A stretch of DNA of 64,000 bases, taken from Cycas panzhihuaensis (lineage: Eukaryota; Plantae; Cycadophyta). The notes under the pieces were generated by a model. It was not told the origin of the DNA. It ran no database searches and was given only the letters and a program-made list of their open reading frames with translations. The stretch is taken from contig CM041465.1 of the NCBI GenBank assembly GCA_023213395.1, forward strand, positions 191,835,741 to 191,899,740, given 5' to 3'. Both the position numbers and the translations under genes were made by a program. Positions 1 to 14,229 of the stretch are shown piece after piece; positions within the stretch are counted from its first letter, which is position 1; every line of letters starts with the position of its first letter.

Positions 1-810
1 GTGAATAGAACTTTGGTATATTTGCTGAGGGGATACAATTCCAAGCATCTAAAAACTTGGGATAGCATTGGCTTTTCTACAATTTGCATTTAATAGGGAA
101 ATGCATTCATCACACTCTAAATAACCTTTTGAATTTTGTTTGGGATACTTGCCTCAAAGTCTATTTGAGTTGGAGTTTTCCATACAAGTTAAGGAAGGAT
201 CTACCAAAGAGAAGGAGGGGCATGCTAAGGCTTTAAGATACTTGGAGAAGATCCAAAGAGTCCACAAAGAAGTACATGATCAACTTCTAAGGACTCAAGA
301 AAGTATAAGGAAAGACATGACAAGCATAGGCAAGAGTGTACCTTTCAAGAAGGAGATTTGGTATGGTTATACTTAAGCAAGGAGAGGTTGAAAGGAGAAG
401 GCAAGAAACTCAAACCTATTAGGTATGGACCATTCAAGATTTTGAGAAAAGTAAGTGGCAATGCTTTCAAACTTGATCTTCCACCTTATATGAAAATATA
501 TTCAGTAGTAAATTATTGAATATTTGAAACTCTTTGAGCTATTCATACTATATGAGGAGCAAGACCACCACTTTACCTTCAGTTGATGACTTATATTTGG
601 AGAGTGAGGAACCTCTTAAGGAGGATTATATCTTGGAGAGAAAATCCACTAAAACAAGATATAAGACACATGAATCTTTTACGATTGGAGGAGCATGATA
701 GTTGTCTAGTAAGGCCAAGTGATTTAGTAGGCAACAAGGAGAACAACGCTTCCCCCATCTTCAATTCTAAGCCAAGTAGGAGTTGGTTGTTTTCCAAGGA
801 AGGGGAGCCA
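1..810 (+). pseudogene. Ty3/gypsy integrase C-terminal region (GPF motif) and PPT, degenerate; element begins left of the window
   Basis: Fragments VNRTLVYLLRGYNSKHLKTWD and LKPIRYGPFKIL; purine tract AAGGAAGGGGAG at ~796-807 directly before TGATATA. Confidence 0.8.
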
Positions 811-1508
811 TGATATAAGAGGATCTATCTTATATCTACAAGAAGCAAAAAATACTAGGCATTGGTACAACTAAAAGAAATAGGACCAAATGGTGTCAAA
901 ATAATGTGAAATTTTATGGAAAGGAAGAAGACATGTGAAAAAATAGGGGTCCAAAAAATAGCATTTGATTAGATGGAAAGCCTTGTTTTGTAGAAAATAG
1001 CTCCCACAACTATCAAAAAAATGACAAACACATACTATTTTTAAATAAGTGAAAATAGAGGCAAATGATATCTAAATTATCTGAAACTTTTAGGATATAA
1101 AGGATACATTTGCATCTATATGTATACAAAATTTGAGCTCAATTGGAGTTTGTTAAGACTAGGTACCAAGCTACAAGTTTTAAGTTTACATGAATGTCAC
1201 TTGGATAACATGCATTTTGGTTGTTGGTGATTGGACTTTCATGAATGCCACTTGGAACGCATGCATCTTGGTTGTTCATAGATTTATTTCTATAAATTAA
1301 ACTCTATTGAGCTCATTTACAATGTTGGATACTTGGTTCTTGTGTATGAGAGACACTTGACTTGGGAGCAATATTGAGGCAACACTTAGAAGGTGTTGGA
1401 GACCATAAAGAAGGCAAATTTCAACACTTTAAGCATCCATTTTGGAGAGTGAGAGCTTCATTGAAGGAGTCTTAGGAAGTTGGAGGCCCCTTGTGGTATT
1501 ATATATCA
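811..1508 (+). repeat. Probable 3' LTR of the gypsy element
   Basis: Starts TGATATA right after the PPT; matching inverted end TATATCA at 1502-1508; no partner LTR in the window, so the right end is uncertain. Confidence 0.5.
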
Positions 1509-1979
1509 TTTCTTTATTATAACTTGCATATTCTTTGCTAGTTGTTTTCTCCACCATTAAATGAAGGTTTTTCTAGCTTAATAAAAGTATTATTCTTCTT
1601 ACCCTGAGTAATGACAAGTATGCATGAGTTAGTGTAGAGTATCATTTTATGGATTCACTCTTTTATTGATGTTATTGAGAATTTTACACTAACACCTTAG
1701 GATCTCGAGGAAAAAGATTGGTAATTGATTTCTTTACCAATCACACTCTGCGATCATTGATTCAAGGTGTTTTATTTAATTTTTATAATAGTATTATTAA
1801 ATCAAACTTATGGAGCGAAGTGTTTAGATTTATTCTTTTCTTTAGCAATTTATTGGCATATTTTTAAGTGTTTATCTATTTTATGAAGCTTTAAACTTTA
1901 GGTGATTGAATAAATTATTATGTGAGGGAATACAACCTATTGGAGATTGGTTTAGGGTCTTATATTTACCATTTCTAAG

Positions 1980-4900
1980 TCATAGAGAAGTTGGTTCCAT
2001 TGATTACTTTTAATAGGAATAACTTCAATGAATAGAGGGCAAATATGGAACTGGTCCTCATGGTTAACTAGCTTTGGGGAATTACTAAATTTGAATCATT
2101 AAGTATTCCCTTAGATGAGAGAGAATGTATTCATTCTAAGGAGAAATAATTCATGTCTATAGGGTTATTTAAGTTATCTTTGGCTCTAGATTAGAGAGCT
2201 TTAATCCACAACCTTGAAACTCCATATGAAATCTAGACCAAACTATGTGAGACATTTGAGAAGAAGTAAACCAATTGTCATGGTATTCTCATGATGGAAT
2301 TGTTGAATTTAAGGTAGAAGATAAGAACAACATTAGTTCTTACCTGAATAAAATCACTGATTTGAGGAATATGATGGATGAATTGAAGTCAAACTCAATT
2401 GATGATATCTTACTTTTTGCCATTATTATGTCAAAGTTGCCTACTACATTTAGAACATTCTAAACTATCTATGCAAGAAATGAAGTTATGGAAGGTGAAT
2501 TATTTGAGTCACTGAAAAACCTAATTCTAGTAGGAGATGCTGTTAAAGCATCATGGGATGCTTTCTAGTTCTAGTTCAAATTGGGTTTTGGTCCAAGACT
2601 CAAAGAAAGGATGTAGTTTAGAGGGCAAATCTACACAAAAGATATGTGAAACCTCTCAGGAGAAGAAGAAGTTCATAGGTAAATGCAATTACTATAAGAA
2701 AGAGGGCCATAAAGGAAAGCAATTATTAGTTCAAGAAGCAAGATAAACACAAAGCTAACCAAGATGATAATGGGAAGAGTGTAGTTATACATTTTATTAG
2801 GTTTTTAACATTGTCATCTGAGTCAAATCAAAAGGACTACTGGATCTTAGATTCAGGTGCTTAAAAACACATCACCTATCAGAAGCAAAAATTTGATGCT
2901 ATAGATGCAAGTAGAAGTGATACTAACATAATTCTTGGGGATGCTCGTGTTTTGCCTGTAAAAGGTGTTGGTTTTATTTTACTTGTAGGAGATACATTCA
3001 ATGGTGTTTACTATGTGCCTAAGATGAAGTTTAATTTTCTTTCTAACTAGGAAATCTGCAAGCAATGTATAAAAATTGAGCTTTATAATAATAAATGCAT
3101 ATTTAAGGATCTTAAGAAGAACTTTTCTATTGTTGCTACTAGGAGAGCGCAAGATAACTTTTGGGTGTTTGAGAAATTTAGAGCCCGAAAGGATTCTTAT
3201 GCTTTTATTACCAGTGTTGATTATATGAGTAAGTTATAGCATAAGCATTTAGGTCGTCTTAACTATAGAATCATTGACTTAATGAATAAATTGAAGATAG
3301 TGGTAGGGTCGCCATATGTCCAATATTTAGAGGGTGTTTGTGAAAGATGCATATATGGAAAGCACTATCATTATCTATTTGTTAGGGATAGTGCATGGAG
3401 AGCAAAGGAGAAGTTGGAACTTGTCCATACTAACTTCATGGGTCCTTTATCCAATCCTTATATTTTTGGTGCTTGATTTATTCTTGTGTTTATAAATGAT
3501 TTTAACAGAAAATCCTAGGTATATTTTTTGAAGAATAAGTCTAAAGTGTTTGATAGATTTTGTGAATGGAAAGTTAATGTTAAAAATGAGTGTGATACGA
3601 AAATAAATATTTTAATGTATGATAATAGAAAGGAGTATGGCAATAATGCGTTTAATCAATTCAGCCTTGATCATGGTATTAAATGAGAGTTGATAGCGTC
3701 TTATACCCCATAGTAAAATGGTGTTGTAGAAAGAAAGAATTATACCATGATGGAGATGGTGAGGTATATGGTGTATGGTAAGAATCTACCTCCTATATTT
3801 TGGGCAAAATCTATTATAATAACTATTTATATTTTGAATAGGATACCTACTAAGGTTGTTCATGGCATTTTCCTAGAAGAATATTAAACCGATTAGAAGC
3901 CTTTTATTAACTATTTCAAGGTATTTGGGTGCATTGCATATGCATACATCCCAGACATACATTAAAAGAAGTTGGATCATAAGAGTTTGAAGTACATTCT
4001 TTTAGAGTACTTATAAGAGAGTAAGGCTTACAGACTTTGGGAATCATAGGGTAAGAAACTTTTGATTAGTCAGGATGTGAAGTTTTATGAGTCAATGATG
4101 TATCATACTAAGGGGTCATTTGAAGACAAGTTCTATCCTCCACTTCTTTTCTTTCCAATATGTGGTTCAATAGGTGTAGAGGTTAATAAGCCTAACATTA
4201 TGCCTGAAATAGAAGTAGGACCTAGTGGGAGTAATGATGAGGAACTATTACAAGTAGAGGTATGGAAAATACTCTATGTTCCATTATGGGCTAAGAGAAC
4301 CATTGAGGACTTTGGTGTGATTGTTGAAGATCTAGAAGATGGTTAGAGAATTAAGAGTTAGCATGCCAGTCAAGCTTTGGTGGTGGATACCAAGGATTCC
4401 AATGATTGCATTTCATATGAAGAAATAAAAGAAGACCCATGATGGAGAGCTATAATGGAGGAGGAGTATAGTTTTCTCATAAAGAATAATACATAGGATT
4501 CAGTTTCCTTACCTCCCTCCAAGAGCCTGGTTGGTTGCAAGTAGGTTGATAAGACTAAGTATCATTCCAACGAAGAGGTAGACAAGTATAAGGCTAGACT
4601 TGTTGCACATGGTTTCAAACAAAAAGAAGGAATTGACTATGAGGAGTCTCCAAGATGTCTATGATTTGATTGATCCTTGATTGGCTAGGTACATTTGGTT
4701 GGTAGTCACATTAAATGGATGTAAAGTTAGCATTCCTTAATGGAGACTTAAAAGAGGAGATCTACATAAATTGACCTCTTAATTCTGTGAATGAAGGTCA
4801 GGAGCATCTTGTGTATCGTTTGAAGAAATCTCTATGGTCTAAAATAAGTATCACATGCTTGATATGATAAGATTAATGCTAGATTGAAGAAATATAGTTT

Positions 4901-5643
4901 TGTGAGAACAAAATTAAAGCCAAGTATTTATATTCAAAAGAGTGAAACTACAATAGTTATTATTATATTGTATGTTGATGATCTTATTCTTACATGTAAT
5001 TGTAATAAATTTATTATAGCTACAAAGGCCTATTTGGCCTATACTTTTGATATAAAAGATCTTGGGCATCTTCATTACTTCTTGGGTATTGAGATTAAGC
5101 AGATGGATGATCACATCATGATGTTGCAATCAAGGTATTCTCAATCTCTACTTGAGAGGTTTAGGATGAAAGACTACAAACCAATGAAGACACCATGTGT
5201 AAAGGGCACAAAACTTCTGAAGGATATGGATAAGCCAACTATAAATGGGACTTTATATTGGTAATTAGTAGGGAGTTTGATTTAATTAACTCATACTAAG
5301 CCTAATATTGCTTTCAAGACCCCACATTTACATTAAGGGGGGATATTAAAGTGGCATTATATCCACTTATCCCAACTAATGTAAATGTGGTAAAATATTA
5401 TGATGTAATATTATGATATTATTGTAAGCTGACAGATGCAATACCAATGTAGTATTTGAGGTACTTATGGATCTATATAAAGGTATCCAAAGTCCATTAT
5501 ACCTTATGTTATTCTATATAAATGTAATCCATATTCTATGGTGGGCTTTTACCGTAAGGTTTCCCAATGATATTCTACCATGTGCTTGTTTATTTCATGC
5601 TCGTTATGTACATAAATGATCTATTTGTCTATGATTTCTAACA
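1980..5643 (+). mobile_element. Ty1/copia element A: decayed gag-PR-IN-RT, RNase H deleted, 3' LTR present, 5' LTR not seen
   Basis: Zinc knuckle GKCNYYKKEGH (~2680), WILDSGA protease (~2840), KLELVHTNFMGP integrase (~3410), LYVDDLI RT (~4970), then PPT and LTR. Confidence 0.9.
5344..5643 (+). repeat. 3' LTR of element A (~300 bp)
   Basis: PPT AAGGGGGGA at 5335-5343; termini TATTAAAG (TG to TA) ... TTTCTAACA; TATA-like CTATATAAA inside. Confidence 0.7.
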
Positions 5644-6489
5644 TTTTGATTCCCACTTTAGCAATCAAGCCTAATGAAAAGGCCTCCTTCCATGGGAAGT
5701 TGCTCATGGAAATGCTTTATTATATTTTTCATTTCTTTTTCCTACATTGATTCTTCCCACAAGGTGACTTTCTATGTGATGATCATTTTTTGAAATGTAT
5801 GTTTGAATTTGAGTGATTTTTTAAGAGAATATTTTACAAGCTTATCACTAGATATTTATTCCTATGGATCATTTTCCCATGAATTACTTAAAAGTTATAA
5901 AGTGTGGCCCATAATCTCATTTTAGTCTTCCCACTTTTCGCTTTCCAACTTTCTCTTGAAAATTATCTTGAAGCATAAAAGGTATACAATGTGGCTCTTA
6001 AAGTCATAGGAACAAAATTAGTAAGAATATAACTTTGCAAACCTTTCTTCTGCAGGATCATTTCTCGTATGATGACCTCTTATGTGATCATTATCCACTA
6101 AGTCAACTTCTTCCTTTAGCAATTTTGTAGAAAAAAAAATAGTAAGGATGCAAGTTAATAAGAAAAGTGGAGCCCACCATCTTATCCCTTCCATTTGGTC
6201 TTTCTATAAATCAATTAAAAGACACTTCAAATATAAAATGAGTTATCCCTAGGAACTAAGATTGTGGGAACTTAGGATAGCTCATTTATTTGGTCTCGTG
6301 TACTTATGGTGCTCCCTTATAGGAAAGTATGCTATGGAGAAATATTCTTTTGAACTATTTGTGCCTCCCATTATCTTGTCCTTCTTATCTAAGTGAGCCT
6401 TATCAGTATCCTCTGTGAATTATTTCTCCCTTATATTGAGGCTTCTACACAATATTTGGTTGTATGGTGAGAATAACCCTATACAACCT

Positions 6490-8688
<2,199 letters not shown>

Positions 8689-10062
8689 TGTAAGGACCTA
8701 GTTATTTAACCATCCTTAGTCATGCATAGCTCTAAGAAATATATAAAGTATATATTTTCTAGTTATATTTATCCCATGTGAGGTGAATGCACAATTTATT
8801 CTTCATCAAGTGTGGGGATGTACCATTGTAATTATCTAGCTTAGTAAGTATTTATGGGTAAAGATTGTAGTCCCTCTAGACTTAAGTTATTTGTCTTTTT
8901 TCTTTTTTTTAACACCTTACCTAATATAAGATCACTCTTTATTTATTTCTTGTATAATAGAAAAACAACTAGATTATTCAAATCAATAGTACAAATAGGG
9001 GAGCACATGATATGAGTGAGGGAAGAATAAGGGAAAACTGAATGTAAGGGTAGGTGTTATATTTAGATACCTTCATGACTTCTTTGGGGTACAAGATTTA
9101 CTTATCCATCATAGAATTTATCAAGGATGAAGCTACTAAGTAAAAGAGGAGATTTTCAGCTTTTCAACGAGTGGTGGAATACTAAAAATGGATGTTAGAG
9201 AGAAAAGTTATGAATATTTAAAATGGACCTTTGAATAGGGTTTTTCCATAGAATATAAACTTGCAAGTGGATCACTGAAGGTGGATTTAGGAAGATTAAG
9301 ACATAAAATTGTAAATTAAAGTAGCGCATAAAGGCTTTCTCATAAATTTATAAATGAGTCATTAAGTGGGAACTTTTGGATATCGCTTGCAAAGTTATAA
9401 ACATAAAGGATGCAAGTAATAACCCCTTATAACTTTGCAAGTGGAACACTAAGTGGAGACATAGAAAAAATAAGTTGTGAAATTGTGAAGTGACATCATT
9501 CATAAAGAGTCTTTCATGAATTTATACATAGAACAGTGAGTGTTTATTTCATTTATTATTTATTATCTATGCATCATACTTATATCATGTTTACATTTAT
9601 ATTTTCATTATGGTTTCAAAGATAATCTTTGAATCCTTATTTTAATAAGAAGCTCTGTTTTTCTCTTCCTTTACTGACTAAACCCTCCCCTCTTGGTGAG
9701 TTAATTTGTTATCATTAATACTATCAAGTCTTAGTGGGTGGTTTTGCCCTATAGTGGATGTATTAGGGCTTGTAGTTAATGTAGTTGAAGTAACTACCCT
9801 CCATCTTCTTATCTAAGTATGCATCCTCCTTCTCATCTTAGCATATTGGCACTTTCAATGTGTACCCTATGAATCTGGTTTGACACTATTTTATCCATTG
9901 ACAAGAATGTTTTCGTGAAATTATGAGTGCCTACTAGTTATGCTCTTACTTTATCTCATTGCATTACCAGCACTTTAAGCTTAAACATATACATCACATT
10001 TGTTTAGATAATTTATTATTTTTATCTAATAATATAGGTATGCGATCAAGGATTCCATTACA
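8689..10062 (+). repeat. Probable 3' LTR of the chromovirus element (~1.37 kb)
   Basis: TGTAAGG after the PPT ... CCATTACA (TGTAA/TTACA inverted termini); no partner LTR seen. Confidence 0.65.
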
Positions 10063-10360
10063 TCTAGAATCAATCAAATTTGACCTCAAATAAGTGAGTT
10101 TGATCATTCTTATCAAGGACATAAATTAAGATTTTTCCTTTATAAATCCTTTGTTTTTGTAATTTCACAATCATATATGTGTACGTTTGGTCTTAGTGAT
10201 TTGTTTATAAAATTGCGAAAGGAGTTTTTTTATTTGTGCATTATATTTTATGTCTTCAAATTTTGTTCATGTGTATTTTCCACTTGGTGGCTCATTTTCG
10301 AGTTTATAAAAGATTTGCTTTTGCCTATCATCGTTTTATTTCACAATTTTAGAACTTTGG

Positions 10361-13041
10361 TGTTATAATCTTACTTATAGTACAATTGACCTTATACTTG
10401 TCCAACTAAGTGAAAGAACCCTTAAGTCCACAAATAGGATGATTACATGAATAGGTATGCACCCATGTACACATCTCGACATTACAATAAAATATACCTA
10501 TAAGAGTTAAGGGAGACACTTAACAAAATACATAAACCAACATTAAACATTATTTTTTAACACCTCTCCCCCATAATATTTAATGTCGATCTCAGATATT
10601 ATATAGAAATCTACTATAACAAATGGATATTGGCTCAATGTGGTACTAATTATATTTACAAGCTATAAATAAAAATCTACTAAAGTCCATATGAAGAAAG
10701 ATCCATCTACCAGAATGCATGGGTAACTAGCCATTGCAACCATTAACTGTATAGGAACCTCCTTTGGATATGTGGTTCAATCAACCTTAATCAACTTTAT
10801 TTTGTGAACAAGTCTACTTGGTGAATGAGTTGAGTACTAAAATAGTCTCATTCATGTTTAAGGAAATCAATTTGTGGTTCTATCATTCTCCTTTGAGGCA
10901 ACTAATTTGTGGTTCCTTCAAGAGTAAGATACACCTTGAAACCTATGAGGTTCTACAAGGATAAATATGGACATCACTTAGAGTTTAAGCCTCTAAGTTT
11001 ACTAATAACTAAAAACACTTTTATGAAGCATCTTCTACTACAAATCAATAATATAGCTACCTGCAAGCAAACACTAGATGTGATTTTATATGAAAGAACT
11101 CCCATAAGTATAAAAAGGATTCCTAAGAGTCTTTATACTATCATAGATGAGAAATTTTTACTTAAATTTAAACCAAACATATATATTATTGCTTCAAAAT
11201 ATAAAAATGACTTTACCATGCTATTAGGAATGGTAAAAAATTATAGGGTATGTGAAACTAGACCTGAAAATATCATGAAATGCATATTTTATAAAGTTTT
11301 GACCATTTACGTGAACTTTATTGATTAAAATAATGAGCCTCTAAATTTCAAACTATGCCTTGCGACCACCCATTTGAACTATCTTGAAATAACAAATCCA
11401 ACATAATTGATGACACTGAATTCTGACATTCTAGTGAGAAGTTATAAAGGAAAAAACATTAGTAGGTCATAAACAATTATGTGATCCTTAACAAATTGTA
11501 TTCAAGCTTCAAAAATTATCAAATATCAAATAATATTTAAGGAAAAAAAAAGATTTAATTTAATTAACTCTATTTTAGAGTCCACCCTCTTTCTACTTAA
11601 CCCTCGATCCCATAGGCTTACAATGTGACCTCCTACTAATAGGAAAACCTAGCCCCCGAATTTGAAGATATATTAAATTCAATCAAATTTCTTATAACAT
11701 TTGCAATTGTTTTAGGGTTCAAAAAAATCATTTCTAAACAATTCAAATAACTATGCAAAAAAATATACAAACATGTCTATCAGCAAGATGAATTTCTGCG
11801 CCAAGTCGTGAACAAATTAGATCAGAACTATACATGATATAACAGATGAATTTTTGTAATAGGTCATGAATAAAATAGACCACAACTATATGTGATTATC
11901 ATCAATGGGTGCAAGTGTGATCAAGTGATGCAACCAAATACATTCTTCAAGAGTATGGCTGTGAGTAGGGAGCGACAGATAGGGACTATATCTAGGTAAT
12001 AAATGGGGCGGATTCGATTTCTATAGCAAGGAAAATCTAAATAGTAAGCATGATTGATTTGATCTCTATTATGGATGGATGACTATGATATAGAATCCTC
12101 AACTTGAAAGAAACTTGACCATATCCATTAATGATTCAAAGTTATGGGCCCTAGTTATAGTTGGACTATTGTGTGGAGGTTATAACCACAAGATGGTCTT
12201 TTAGACACAAACCCAAGATTGTTAACATTTGTAATTCAATCACATAGTGGGGGCACTTCTCAGACATAATATATTATAGCTTAAGCAAGGGGCAACTTTA
12301 AGTTCATAATGGACAAATCTATGGACTGGAGATGAGATAACAAAAGGGTATTTTTACCTTAGACTGACAGTTGTTTCTACATGTATAGCAAGGTATTTTT
12401 CATTTTATTTCATGGCTACGAGCAATTCGTGTAGTAGTCTAAAAAGCATATTTCATACCCTATTATTCTTCTATTCTTTTATGTGATGGCAATTCTCTAT
12501 TTCAATGTGAAACGGCCATGGATGCTAGGGTGGCTATATAGTAGGTTATTCAACTCCACCAACATTTGCTTGCAGGTTCTTGAACAAGTTCAAAGATTTT
12601 GATTAACAAGATCTTCACCTCACCATTGTAGCTTGGATTCAACCCTGCTCCGATGCCATGTTAAAATAAGGATTCAAATATTACCTTTGAAACCATAATA
12701 AAAATATAAATGGAAATATGGTATAAGAATGAGGCATGAATAATAAATAATAAATGAAATAAACAAAAGATAAAGTATGTATAATATACGAGACAATAAT
12801 GATGTGGGAAAATTATCACCTTCTAAATTATTGCATTAAGCATGAACACATACTTATAGTATAACTAAGCTTATACGTATCTAATCAAGTGAAAGAACCC
12901 TTAAGTCCACCAACAGGATAATTACATGAATAGGTGTGCACCCATGTACATATATTAATATTACAATAAAATATATCTATGAGAATTAAAAAGGACACTT
13001 AACAAAATATATAAACCAACATTAAACATTATGTTTTAACA
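10361..13041 (-). mobile_element. Non-autonomous LTR element B with no recognisable pol
   Basis: Direct repeats 10361-10562 and 12659-13041; PBS complement GCTCCGATGCCA at 12647-12658; PPT complement CCTCTCCCCC at 10563-10572; TSD not convincing. Confidence 0.8.
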
Positions 13042-14229
13042 CTTCTTCTATATTTTTGCATCATCATCCTTCTGGAGAAAATTTTTGGGTGAGATAATGA
13101 AAGTTAAAGCATTAAACAAAGGTGACAAGAAGCCAAAGAACAACTAAAGACCTTTGGGGCTAAGATTAGTTCTCCAAGACTAGTTCTTTTCGAGATGATA
13201 TAGGGGAGATACTTCAATCTCTCAATGGTGCTTTTATAAACCTTCTATGGTTGAATTTCATAAAAGTTGGTTTAGGTGAGTGTTGTATAATCATACCCTG
13301 GGGTAGTATTCTAGAACAAACAATTCAACTCACGTTAGAGTCTCTTAAAGTTTATCTCCACCCCATGTAATGAATAAGTTTGGTAAGTGGCATGAATATG
13401 TGTGTCGATTATTATATCAAACTCATTGGATTGTTTTGATGGTGCTCAATTTTAATTGACATATGAGGTTTGTATTGAGAAAGTCCCCTCTATGTTATGA
13501 AATGAATTTGGGTTAAGTGAGTCCCATTTCCTTTGAAATTATGGCAAGAATTTAGGTTGAGTAAGTCCCCTCCTTATTCTTGTTCTTCTTCTTATATGCA
13601 TGAGTAATGGCTATAGGGTATGGATTTACAACCTTATCATGGATGAGTGATAGTTTAGTATGAAACCCATAACCTTATTATGGTGAGATCTAGTGATGAT
13701 ACATGTAGGGTTATCAGTTATACAATGCATGGTGTGGGATACATGGATCACATAGAGAGATATCTAATGAGATTAATTCTACTGGAATTTCTAGATTTGG
13801 CTGTATAAATTAAGTGCGTAAAAGCTCATATATTTTAGCAGTATCTATTTATAAATTTATGAGCAAAGAATTCATTTAGGATGAGATATAGGTTTGTGAG
13901 CTTAGTAACATACTATCACTCTAGTATTCATATTATGTGCTCTCACTTGGGGGTGATTTCCTCCTAGGAATTCAATTAGTTCGGTAGTGAATATGTTTGA
14001 GTAAACTAGTTGGTCCTTTTACAATCAAGTTATATGAATGATGATCAAATGATGAATTATATTACTTTAACACTTATCCTCTTTTTTGAAATACTACTAT
14101 TAGGAATGTATTTTGCATTCTATTATACACACATGTAAAACTCTAATTTAAGCTTCCATAGTTCAAGTAGTGTAACTAGTGTTGGCTTTGTTAGTAAACT
14201 CAAGTGAGTCACAACTAAGTGGGGTCATA

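Noticed and set aside
10909-11328. 139-aa ORF antisense within element B
   Set aside because: Non-ATG start, no recognisable motif and no second copy to support it.
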